From Bacteroidia bacterium (GTDB lineage Bacteria > Bacteroidota > Bacteroidia > M30B66), in the NCBI GenBank assembly GCA_965279035.1, contig OZ257142.1, forward strand, positions 3,840,001 through 3,904,000: a stretch of DNA of 64,000 nt, in the 5' to 3' direction. Positions 51,155 to 60,760 of the stretch are shown here, piece by piece. How positions within the stretch are numbered: position 1 is the stretch's first letter; the number at the start of each line of letters is the position of its first letter. The notes under the pieces were generated by a model, which made no database searches, was not told where the DNA came from, and was given only the letters and a program-made list of their open reading frames with translations. A program made the translations under genes and the position numbers.

Positions 51155-53257
51155 GTGCCTGTATTCGACACTCCGCTTTCGACCTTAAGCTCGCTTCCTA
51201 CTAAGAAGCTAGTCCTTCTCAAAAAGGACTGTGGCATGGAGACCTTCGGCGATTTGCTGAACTGGTTTCCATTCCGCTATGTAGATCGCACGCGCTTTTA
51301 CACCATCAAAGAAATCACGGAAGATCTACCGCTCGTTCAATTGATTGGAAGATTAGAAAACATCCGTCTCATTGGCGCTGGTAAAGGAAAACAACGCATG
51401 TGTGCCATCTTGCGCGATAAAACTGGAACGCTCGAACTCGTGTGGTTTCAAGGGATCAAATTCGTTCAAGATAAATTGCGTTCCGGGATTGATGTCATTG
51501 TCTTTGGAAAACCAACACTGTTCAATAACTCCTGGAACATTGCACACCCGGAAATAGAAGTATACAGCCCCGAAAAAGCAGCACGCGCACCTAGACTTCA
51601 GCCAGTTTACAACAGCTCCGAAGCCATGAAACGGGCTTGGCTCGACAGTCGCGGACAAGCACAATTGATTCAACAGGTTTTACAACGTATAGGCAATCAA
51701 ATTGAGGAAACACTTCCTGAATACATCATTCAAAAGCATCAATTAATCTCTCTTCAACAAGCTTATCGCTTCATTCATCAACCTGTGAATGCCGAAGAAT
51801 TGCACGTTGCTGAAATGCGGTTGAAGTTCGATGAATTGTTTTTCTTACAACTTCGACTTCTTCGTCAAAACCGCATCAACAAACAATTACTCAAAGGATT
51901 TGCATTCGAAACGATTGGAGATGTTTTCAATAATTTCTATCACAATCACCTTCCCTTTCAATTGACAAATGCTCAAAAACGAGTCTTGAAAGAAATCCGT
52001 TCGGATGTGGCAAAACCCATCCAAATGAACCGTTTGGTGCAAGGTGATGTAGGAAGCGGAAAAACCATCGTGGCATTTATGAGTATGCTCATGGCGATCG
52101 ACAATGGATTTCAGGCTTGTTTGATGGCTCCTACCGAAATTCTAGCTCAACAACATTTTTCGGGATTAAGCGAACTCGCCGAAAAAATCGGAGTGAAAAT
52201 CCGCTTGCTCACTGGTTCAACTAAAAAGAAAGACCGCAACATTCTGCACTCCGAACTCGAAAGTGGAGAATTAAATATCATTGTCGGAACACACGCCCTA
52301 CTTGAAGATAAAGTCATTTTCAAAAACCTAGGATTTGTCGTTATCGACGAACAACATCGTTTTGGTGTAGCACAACGCGCTCGCTTGTGGGCTAAAAATG
52401 TGTTGCCTCCTCATGTGTTAGTGATGACTGCTACGCCCATTCCGCGAACGTTAGCGATGACTTTATACGGTGATCTTGATATTTCCGTCATCGATGAATT
52501 ACCGCCCGGCAGAAAGCCTATTTCGACCAAACATCAATACGATAAAGACCGACCAGCTGTATATAATTTCATCAAGCAAGAAATAGAACTAGGTCGACAG
52601 ATTTACGTGGTTTATCCACTGATCGAAGAAAGCGAGCAGCTCGATTATAAGAATTTGATGGATGGTTACGATCATCTTAATGCTTGGTTTCCGAGTCCTC
52701 AGTATCAATTGAGCATCGTGCATGGACGATTAAAGTCAGCCGATAAAGACTTTGAAATGCAGCGTTTCATCAAGAAGCAAACGCAAATCATGGTGGCCAC
52801 TACAGTGATCGAAGTGGGCGTTAATGTCCCAAATGCATCGGTGATGATTATCGAAAGTGCTGAGCGTTTTGGATTGTCGCAATTGCACCAGTTACGCGGG
52901 CGTGTTGGCCGTGGAGCTGATCAGTCGTATTGCATTTTGATGACGGGTTTCAAACTCAGTCGCGAAGCCAAAGTGCGCCTCGAAACCATGGTGCGCACCA
53001 ACGACGGTTTTGAAATAGCTGAAGTAGATTTAGAACTACGCGGTCCCGGCGATTTACAAGGCACACAGCAAAGTGGCGATCTGGATTTACACATTGCCGA
53101 TATCAGTAGAGACAATCAGTTATTGGTGTATTGTCGCCAATTAGCTACCCAAATTTTAGATGCTGATCCAGAATTTGAGAAAGATGAAAATCAACTTTTA
53201 AAGCATCAATTACAGGTGATGGAAAAACGCAAATTGGATTGGGGCAGGATTTCATGA
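51155..53257 (+). CDS. recG: ATP-dependent DNA helicase RecG
   Basis: QGDVGSGKT, DEQHRFG, MTATPIPRT, QLRGRVGRG. Confidence 0.96.
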   Translation: MPVFDTPLSTLSSLPTKKLVLLKKDCGMETFGDLLNWFPFRYVDRTRFYTIKEITEDLPLVQLIGRLENIRLIGAGKGKQRMCAILRDKTGTLELVWFQGIKFVQDKLRSGIDVIVFGKPTLFNNSWNIAHPEIEVYSPEKAARAPRLQPVYNSSEAMKRAWLDSRGQAQLIQQVLQRIGNQIEETLPEYIIQKHQLISLQQAYRFIHQPVNAEELHVAEMRLKFDELFFLQLRLLRQNRINKQLLKGFAFETIGDVFNNFYHNHLPFQLTNAQKRVLKEIRSDVAKPIQMNRLVQGDVGSGKTIVAFMSMLMAIDNGFQACLMAPTEILAQQHFSGLSELAEKIGVKIRLLTGSTKKKDRNILHSELESGELNIIVGTHALLEDKVIFKNLGFVVIDEQHRFGVAQRARLWAKNVLPPHVLVMTATPIPRTLAMTLYGDLDISVIDELPPGRKPISTKHQYDKDRPAVYNFIKQEIELGRQIYVVYPLIEESEQLDYKNLMDGYDHLNAWFPSPQYQLSIVHGRLKSADKDFEMQRFIKKQTQIMVATTVIEVGVNVPNASVMIIESAERFGLSQLHQLRGRVGRGADQSYCILMTGFKLSREAKVRLETMVRTNDGFEIAEVDLELRGPGDLQGTQQSGDLDLHIADISRDNQLLVYCRQLATQILDADPEFEKDENQLLKHQLQVMEKRKLDWGRIS

Positions 53258-53332
53258 AATGTTGATTGATTTTCGACATCCAATAATTAAAGATGTCGGA
53301 ATCTATAGATATACGTTGCTACAAATTTATAA

Positions 53333-53625
53333 TATCTGCAACCTCGGACTGAAGTCCGAGGCTACTAGTATCCGATTCTAAAATTCAAGCTTTAATTGAC
53401 CATAATGCTTCAAATTACTATCAGCAACCTCGGACTTCAGTCCAAGGCTACTAGTATCCGATTCTAAAATTCAAGCTTTAATTGACCATAATGCTTCAAA
53501 TTACTATCTGCAACCTCGGACTTCAGTCCGAGGCTACTAGAACCAAAATCTCAAATTCTAGTACTCATTGACCTCGACTTCTGCAAACTACCAATTTGCA
53601 TCCTCGGACTTCTGTCCGAGGCTCC
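53333..53625. repeat. Tandem array of four REP-like hairpins (86-88 bp period), CCTCGGAC-N4-GTCCGAGG with GTAG foot on the minus strand
   Basis: Hairpins start at 53342, 53428, 53514 and 53602; the first two linkers are essentially identical. Confidence 0.88.
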
Positions 53626-53657
53626 AAGCCTCAATATCAAATGAAAGATTATATAAA

Positions 53658-54678
53658 ACCCGTTGTGCGGTTGAATATGTAGATAATTAATTTAAAATAA
53701 GGTTGTGCATTAAACTGATATACAGTATATTAGAAGAGTTCTCACACAAATCTAATATGCACAACCTCATAGCGAATATAACCAAGTTTCGTCAATTGCT
53801 AATCGAAGTATATGGCGCTGATAATCTGACAAATGGAAATTTTCGTCGATACTCGAACCAGCCTAAAGCTTCAGATATTGAGATAGTTGCATTGGCTTTT
53901 ACAGCAGAAGCAATGCAAATAGATTCTGAAAACATGCTATTCTCAATTCTAAGAAATTCATATCCACAGTATTGCAAAACACTTCCAGACAGAACTAATT
54001 TCAATCGACGCAGAAGATTCTTGCAGCCTTTTATTGATCAGCTCTCTGAAAAACTAAGTAATGAACTTTCTGAAGGAGAAGAAACTTTTATCATAGATTC
54101 AATGCCTCTTCCAATTTGTCGTTTTGTTCGTTGTAGTAATCTTAAAATTATGAAAGATGATCTTGATTTTTTGCCTGCAAAAGGATTTTCTGCAATTGAT
54201 AAAACGCATTATTTTGGTTATAAACTCAATATGGTTGTTAGCTCAAATTCAGTAATCAATAATTTCGCTATAACGCAAGCAAATGTGCATGATGTAAAGA
54301 CTTTAGATGATATGACAAAAGGGTTTTTAGAGAATGTAAATTTGCTTGGGGACAAAGGTTATATTGGGAAAAACATCCAATTAAGTTTATTCAAAGAATA
54401 CTCAGTAAAATTGATTACACCATTGCGTGGAAATCAAGTTGGACCAACTCAATGGAATCCACTATATCGCAAAACAAGAAAAAGAATCGAAACAACCTTT
54501 TCTCAATTCTGTGATCAGTTCTCAATTAAAAAGAATTTTGCTAAAAGCTTTTATGGATTCTTTGCACGAATCACTAGTAAAATAGGGGCATTCACTTGTC
54601 TACAATACTTGAATATGATCAATCAAAGACCTCTAAACCAGGTCAAACATACTTTGACTTTTTAACCGCACAACGGGT
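53658..54678 (+). mobile_element. IS982-family insertion sequence, copy 2 (1021 bp), 8-bp TSD TATATAAA
   Basis: Same IRs; TATATAAA at 53650-53657 and 54679-54686. Confidence 0.93.
53757..54665 (+). CDS. IS982-family DDE transposase
   Basis: Protein identical to copy 1. Confidence 0.92.
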   Translation: MHNLIANITKFRQLLIEVYGADNLTNGNFRRYSNQPKASDIEIVALAFTAEAMQIDSENMLFSILRNSYPQYCKTLPDRTNFNRRRRFLQPFIDQLSEKLSNELSEGEETFIIDSMPLPICRFVRCSNLKIMKDDLDFLPAKGFSAIDKTHYFGYKLNMVVSSNSVINNFAITQANVHDVKTLDDMTKGFLENVNLLGDKGYIGKNIQLSLFKEYSVKLITPLRGNQVGPTQWNPLYRKTRKRIETTFSQFCDQFSIKKNFAKSFYGFFARITSKIGAFTCLQYLNMINQRPLNQVKHTLTF

Positions 54679-54852
54679 TATATAAAGTATCTATTGCAAT
54701 TTGAATCCCTAATTTTATATTTGAATTAAAGATTAATCAATTTCAGAATTTCTAATCATTTGAAGAAATCAGATTGATTTTTATTTTACTCATAAAATTA
54801 AGCTACTTGTCTCTATTAAAATTGACTGATAGTAATTCCATGAATATATTTT

Positions 54853-57800
54853 ATGAATAAATTAAAGATTATACTTAAAATCTGTTTCTATTTAATTCTC
54901 TGTATACAGCCGGGAATTATTTACAGTCAAAGTCCCATTCGATTTTCGCATTATTCCGATGCAAATGGGCTATCACATTATCAAGCATGGTCAATATTTC
55001 AAGATAGCAAAGGTGTGTATTGGATTGGTACTACTGATGGTTTAAATCGTTTTGATGGAGGAATGTTTACCCAATACTTTCAAACAAAAAACACAGCAGG
55101 AAGTATTTGTGGAAATGTAATAACAAATAGTACTGAAACAAAGTCAAAACAAATTCTAATAGGAACTTCTACAGGTATATCGATATATAATTCAAACGAG
55201 AATTCATTCACTACCGTTTTTACACCACCCGATGAAAACTCAAATGACAATTTAATAAATTATGTGGTAGTTGATCGATATGGATTTATTTGGGTTTCTT
55301 TTAGATATCAGATTTATGTCCTAAATCAAAATTATCAAATAATAAAAAAAATAGATACTGGTTTTGTTGCCGGAAATGAAATTTATCGCTTACAAGCAGA
55401 TTCATTAGGAAATGTGTGGTTTAATATTTCAGGGTATTTACATAAAATAAGTAGCCAAAATAATTTTTTAATAGAAAGTAAAATCAATTCAAGAAATGAA
55501 ATCTATCAAAAAACAATTTCCGATTTCTCAATTGGAGTAGATAATAAATTCTATGTTTCAGAAATTGAAAGTAAATCAGTAAGATGCTATAATGATGAAA
55601 CTAAATTAATATTCTCACTAACAATTCCGCCAAACAATGACTTGAGTTTGTCGAGAATATTTGCATGTAAATCAGGAAAAATATGGGTAACTACTAAAGA
55701 ACATGGGATTTATAGAATTTCAAATAGGCAATGGGATTTCAAAGGATTAATCCACGATTCAGAAAATCCATCCAGTATTTGCAGCAATGATGTGAAACAA
55801 ATTTTCGAAGATTCATATGGAAATACATGGTTCGGGACAGATGGAGGACTCGATGTAATCTATAAAGAATTAATAGAAATCCATTCCTATTTTGAATTTC
55901 CAATTCAAGAAAACAAAAAAAGAATATTATTGAATCTCACTGGATTTCAAAGCGACTCTTCCAATATTTGGATTAGTACTTGGGGGAATGGATTATGTAC
56001 TATAACAAGGAAAAATCAACAATATAGTTTCTCTTCTCCATCAAATGATGACAAAGATCTCTTTATGAATGACATTTGTTTATTGAATCATGAGCTTTGG
56101 ATAGGGAATTATCATGGTTGTTATCGATATAATATAGAAAGCCAAAAATTTAGATTATTGAAAATAAATCATGGTGAAGAAATAACAAATCAACAAGCTG
56201 TTTTTACCATTTATAAAGATTCTAATTCCAATTTTTGGCTTTCCCACACTGGAAATAATGGAATTTCATTTGTAAACAGTACTTCAGAAATAGCTAATAA
56301 TTACATTCAAACAGATACTGGACTTTCTTATTTTCCATTTAGAAATTATTCAGCATTAGTAAATTTTGATGATAGCTTACTTTTATTTGGTTACACCCGT
56401 AGCCGAGGTTTGGCTAGATTTAATACCAATAAAAAAAGGTTTGAGAAACTTACTTCAACTGATCTTGAATTCTTTAATGAACAAGTAAATTGTTTACTTA
56501 AAGATGATCAATTTCTTTGGATTGGAAATAATACTGGAATAACACGAATAAATCTGATCAATGGAACTAGAATACAATTGACCCGAGCAGATGGCTTAAC
56601 TGGAAATTATATTAATACACTTTTTAAAGATCCCAAAGGATTTATTTGGGTAGGATCCAAAAGAGGCTTATCAAGAATAGATCCTAAATCATTGGGAATA
56701 ATTAATTTTAATTTAAATGGAATTAGTGCTGATTATAATATTAATTCAATTTCATTTAATAAAGAGCTCAATATAATGGAATGTTTAAGCGACAATTCTT
56801 ATTTCAGCTTTCGACTTCCTGAAGAGAAAAACTTAATTCTCACTCACAAACCATCTGTTTTTTCTTGGAGTATTGCAGGAGAATCACTTAAATTAAATAG
56901 AGATAAATCCATTCAATTTTCAGAAAAAGAAAGAGTATTTGTAATTTCATTTTATTGTCCTGTTAATCCAGCATTAGGCAAACTTCACTATTCATATATG
57001 CTGAAGGGTTTTGATAAAGACTGGGTAAATGCTGGAGAAAGACAACAAGCTATTTATTCAACACTTCCTTCTGGTAAATACTCCATGGTAATTCGTGCTT
57101 CATTGGATGGGATTAATTGGGTTGAATCTGATCAAGCAATAAATGTAATTGTAGATCCACTATTTTATAAAAGTAGATGGTTTATAACACTAAGTATTAT
57201 TCTACCAATGTTCATCCTTTTGATGATTCTTCATCTTCGAAATAAAGCACGAATAAAGAACTTAATGTATATCCAAGAAATGAGAAATAGAATTGCTGCC
57301 GATTTACACGACGATATTGCTTCAACATTGAGTAGTATTTCAATGATGAGTGAATTCGCGAGTAAAAAGGTGAATAGCGATTTGTTGAGCGTTCAAGGTT
57401 TATTAAATAAAATAGGGAAACATAGTCGCCAACTTATATATGAAATGAGCGATATAGTATGGAGCGTAAACCCAGATCACGATAATATAGATAGCTTAAT
57501 TGCTCGAATGAACGATTTTGCAGCAACTATTTTACAAGATAAAGGAATTGAATTCCAATTGAATAAATCTATTGATAAAGATATTATTCTGTTTAATCCA
57601 AATGTGCGCAAAAATATTTTCCTTATTTTTAAAGAAGCAATACACAACGCTGTAAAACATGCCGATTGTAATGACGTAAAAATACAATTAGCGGTTGAAG
57701 AAAATACAATCAAAATGAAAATAGAAGATAATGGAAAAGGCTTCGATAAAGAAATTCAAAACATTGGGAATGGATTGAAAAACATGAAAAAAAGAGCTGA

Positions 57801-57888
57801 ACAGATTCATGCAGAACTTTCTATTGATTCTATTCTTGGAAAAGGATCCATTATTCAATTAGTCATTAAACTTTCGGCAATAAAATAA
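54853..57888 (+). CDS. Sensor histidine kinase with beta-propeller/Y_Y_Y periplasmic domain (HisKA_3 type)
   Basis: WIGTTDGL propeller repeats, Y_Y_Y, TM helix, RIAADLHDD, EAIHNAVKHA, DNGKGF. Confidence 0.9.
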   Translation: MNKLKIILKICFYLILCIQPGIIYSQSPIRFSHYSDANGLSHYQAWSIFQDSKGVYWIGTTDGLNRFDGGMFTQYFQTKNTAGSICGNVITNSTETKSKQILIGTSTGISIYNSNENSFTTVFTPPDENSNDNLINYVVVDRYGFIWVSFRYQIYVLNQNYQIIKKIDTGFVAGNEIYRLQADSLGNVWFNISGYLHKISSQNNFLIESKINSRNEIYQKTISDFSIGVDNKFYVSEIESKSVRCYNDETKLIFSLTIPPNNDLSLSRIFACKSGKIWVTTKEHGIYRISNRQWDFKGLIHDSENPSSICSNDVKQIFEDSYGNTWFGTDGGLDVIYKELIEIHSYFEFPIQENKKRILLNLTGFQSDSSNIWISTWGNGLCTITRKNQQYSFSSPSNDDKDLFMNDICLLNHELWIGNYHGCYRYNIESQKFRLLKINHGEEITNQQAVFTIYKDSNSNFWLSHTGNNGISFVNSTSEIANNYIQTDTGLSYFPFRNYSALVNFDDSLLLFGYTRSRGLARFNTNKKRFEKLTSTDLEFFNEQVNCLLKDDQFLWIGNNTGITRINLINGTRIQLTRADGLTGNYINTLFKDPKGFIWVGSKRGLSRIDPKSLGIINFNLNGISADYNINSISFNKELNIMECLSDNSYFSFRLPEEKNLILTHKPSVFSWSIAGESLKLNRDKSIQFSEKERVFVISFYCPVNPALGKLHYSYMLKGFDKDWVNAGERQQAIYSTLPSGKYSMVIRASLDGINWVESDQAINVIVDPLFYKSRWFITLSIILPMFILLMILHLRNKARIKNLMYIQEMRNRIAADLHDDIASTLSSISMMSEFASKKVNSDLLSVQGLLNKIGKHSRQLIYEMSDIVWSVNPDHDNIDSLIARMNDFAATILQDKGIEFQLNKSIDKDIILFNPNVRKNIFLIFKEAIHNAVKHADCNDVKIQLAVEENTIKMKIEDNGKGFDKEIQNIGNGLKNMKKRAEQIHAELSIDSILGKGSIIQLVIKLSAIK

Positions 57889-57925
57889 ATACTGCTTTTT
57901 TAAAAATTGTCTTGATAAATAAGTA

Positions 57926-58573
57926 ATGTCAAACTCCACTCTAAAAATAGTTTTATTCGAAGATAATGATGCACTTCGTGATATACTTAGTCAATTAATT
58001 AATGATTCACCAGGACTTCAATGTGTAGGTGATTTTCCAGATTCAAAAAATATTATTCAACGACTTAAAGATACAAATGCAGAATTTGTCATTATGGATA
58101 TTGATCTTCCTTATAAAAATGGTATTGAGTCTACTCAAATCATCAAGGATGCATTTCCAAACATTCCTGTATTAATACTCACCGTTTTTGAAGATGATAC
58201 TAAAATTTACAATGCAATTTGTGCAGGTGCAAATGGATATTTATTAAAAAATTCCAAACCCGAAAAAATTATCGAATCCATATTCGAAATAAAGCAAGGC
58301 GGAGCTCCTATGAGCCCCATGGTTGCGAGAAAAGTACTTGAAACCTATAAACAAGAAAATAATAAACCTAAAAACAAAGAATATGATTTATCAGCCCGAG
58401 AAAGTGAAATACTTGAATTACTAACTCAGGGACTTAGCTATAAGATGATTGCTGAAAAATGCTTTATTTCAATAGATACTGTAAAGTTTCACTCCAAAAA
58501 CATTTATGAAAAATTACACGTTCATTCTAAATCTGAAGCAATTATTCTAGCTATTAATAAACGAATAGTTTAA
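57926..58573 (+). CDS. NarL/FixJ-family response regulator
   Basis: FEDN, MDIDLP, GYLLK, LSARESEIL...NIYEKLHV. Confidence 0.92.
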   Translation: MSNSTLKIVLFEDNDALRDILSQLINDSPGLQCVGDFPDSKNIIQRLKDTNAEFVIMDIDLPYKNGIESTQIIKDAFPNIPVLILTVFEDDTKIYNAICAGANGYLLKNSKPEKIIESIFEIKQGGAPMSPMVARKVLETYKQENNKPKNKEYDLSARESEILELLTQGLSYKMIAEKCFISIDTVKFHSKNIYEKLHVHSKSEAIILAINKRIV

Positions 58574-58605
58574 ATGATTTAGTCAACTGTTTATATTAAA
58601 ATGTA

Positions 58606-59572
58606 TTGAATTAGTAGTTTAGTCAATATTGATTTCTTTAATAATTTAGGGCAATCAAAAGATACAATATGAATGCACAATTTAAAAGCCTTTCATTATT
58701 TGATTTTCAGGCTCAGTTTCCAAATCAAGAAAGTTGTTACGCATATTTGGCAAATTTGAAATGGTCAAATGGTTATTCCTGTCGACGATGTAAGAACAAA
58801 AACTTTTGTAAAGGCATTAGTCTTTACGAGCGGCAATGCACTGTTTGCAGGCATTTAGAATCGCCAACATCTGGAACACTGTTTCACAAATGTAAATTTT
58901 CAATTCTGAAGGCTTTTTATATTGTTTTCTATGTATCAACTAGCAAGAAAGGAATAAGCAGTACTGAGCTAAGTAGAAAGCTTGATTTGGGGCAGAAGAC
59001 TTGTTGGTTGTTTAAACAAAAGGTTATGAATGCAATGAAAAGCAGTAAGAAAAATCCAATGAAAGGGAAAGTTGATGTTGATGAAACATATGTTGGAGGA
59101 CAAGATGATAAATCCATTGGAAGAAATGAAGGAAAGAAAAAAGTTGTAGTTCTAGCCATTGAAAAGAAATCAAGAGGCGTATCAAGATTCTATGGGAAAG
59201 TTGTGGCGACAGCTAACAAAAAGAATTTGAGTGAATTTATGAGGGATCATATTGCTCCCAATGCGAATGTTAGAACTGATAAATGGGCTGGATATAAAGG
59301 CTTGGAGTCTGAATTTCCGAACCTAATTCAAGAAAAGTCTGAGAAGAAAGGAAGGAATTTTAAAGAACTCCATCGAACAATAATGATGTTTAAAGCTTGG
59401 CTTAGAGGTGTCCATCATTCTGTTAGACATTTACAGCCTTATATTGATGAGTATACATATCGATTTAACAGGCATAAAATGAATGAAGGAATCTTCGAAA
59501 ATCTAATGATGAGAATGGTAAAAGCAGAACCATATACTTATAAAATGATTATTGCTTAAATGACTAATTCAA
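58606..59572 (+). mobile_element. IS1595-family insertion sequence with 8-bp TSD AAAATGTA
   Basis: Imperfect IRs TTGAATTAGTAGTTTAGTCAAT / ATTGCTTAAATGACTAATTCAA; TSD at 58598-58605 and 59573-59580. Confidence 0.85.
58669..59559 (+). CDS. IS1595-family (ISXO2-like) transposase
   Basis: Zn ribbon CRRC...CTVC, VDETYVGG, TDKWAGY, YIDEYTYRFNR. Confidence 0.9.
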   Translation: MNAQFKSLSLFDFQAQFPNQESCYAYLANLKWSNGYSCRRCKNKNFCKGISLYERQCTVCRHLESPTSGTLFHKCKFSILKAFYIVFYVSTSKKGISSTELSRKLDLGQKTCWLFKQKVMNAMKSSKKNPMKGKVDVDETYVGGQDDKSIGRNEGKKKVVVLAIEKKSRGVSRFYGKVVATANKKNLSEFMRDHIAPNANVRTDKWAGYKGLESEFPNLIQEKSEKKGRNFKELHRTIMMFKAWLRGVHHSVRHLQPYIDEYTYRFNRHKMNEGIFENLMMRMVKAEPYTYKMIIA

Positions 59573-59920
59573 AAAATGTATTTAAGATTAGGTGAAATAT
59601 TAATTAAATGACTGTATCTAATTTTCGAATAAAATAAAAGAATAGCACTTAAAAATCGCTGAATCAAAATTCAAAAAACTACCCTTTTGTGTAGTTTAAT
59701 ATTTGGATTGTTTAAAGTTTATTTGTTCGAAATCTAATTGATTTCAAACTACTTGCCATGTTTATGTTGGAATTAAAATTTCAGCATCATCAAAATACCT
59801 TTTTAACATAAATGAATATGTATAAAGTAAGAATTTCATTTATTAAATTGAATAATATAATTGTGCTTTATAATTAAAATAAATTTTGATTCAATTTCTA
59901 TATAAATGAATTAAAGAATT

Positions 59921-60655
59921 ATGAGCCATTTAATTAATAGCGATCAATATGAATATTTAATTAAATATTTTAAGAAATGTCCCTATAATTCTAAATACAT
60001 CAATGAATTCTTAAATGAAAATAAATCGCATCTCGATTTTATGGATCAAATGGGAATTGGCTCTTATATTTTTGATTATCAAAACAGTTCCTATCATTAT
60101 GTTAGTAATTCAATATTGGAAGTATTTGAAGTTTCTAACGATCAATTCATAACCAATGGTTTGCAATCATTTCTAAATATGATTGATGAATTGGATGTAG
60201 ATCGAATTTTAAATTTATTAGATGAATCGCTAATTTTTATAAATAAATTACCTGAAAATCAACGATCTAAAGTCAATATGTGTATGTATTACCGACTTAA
60301 GAAAGATCAGGGAAAAGGGCGATGGATGATGCACAAAAACAGAATATTCAAATACAATAATTCATGGATTAATTTGGGATTTACTTATCACTTAATGAAT
60401 TCAGAAGCTCAACATCCAAATTATTGTATGATTACATATGGCGATCAATCTAAATGTATTTTTCCAATTGATCATATTAAAAACTCAAATCAAACAGGTT
60501 TAACAATGAAAGAGCAAGAAGTATTTTATTGGACAAAACGTGGATTAAGTGTTAAATTAATTGCAAAACAATTATTGATTACCGAATCGGGAGTGCGCTT
60601 TCATCGAAGAAACATATTGAAAAAACTCGGTCGGCGAAATTTTATTGGTACCTAA
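59921..60655 (+). CDS. PAS-like + LuxR HTH transcriptional regulator
   Basis: YHYVSNS PAS-like segment; LTMKEQEV...IAKQL...HRRNILKKL. Confidence 0.8.
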   Translation: MSHLINSDQYEYLIKYFKKCPYNSKYINEFLNENKSHLDFMDQMGIGSYIFDYQNSSYHYVSNSILEVFEVSNDQFITNGLQSFLNMIDELDVDRILNLLDESLIFINKLPENQRSKVNMCMYYRLKKDQGKGRWMMHKNRIFKYNNSWINLGFTYHLMNSEAQHPNYCMITYGDQSKCIFPIDHIKNSNQTGLTMKEQEVFYWTKRGLSVKLIAKQLLITESGVRFHRRNILKKLGRRNFIGT

Positions 60656-60665
60656 ACCATTCATT

Positions 60666-60713
60666 ACTAGCTCAAGAGCTAGTTGCAAAATTATAACGTG
60701 AAAAATAAATTTG
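60666..60713 (+). promoter_or_regulatory. Palindromic regulator box and TAAATTTG -7 promoter of the giant repeat gene
   Basis: ACTAGCTC-AA-GAGCTAGT (60666-60683); TAAATTTG at 60706-60713. Confidence 0.55.
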
Positions 60714-60760
60714 AGGTTGATGAAAAATCATCAATCCAACCTAACCTAACCTAAATCAAC

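Noticed and set aside
53333-53625. CRISPR array
   Set aside because: The first two linkers are essentially identical and too long, repeats are REP-like palindromes, and there are no cas genes
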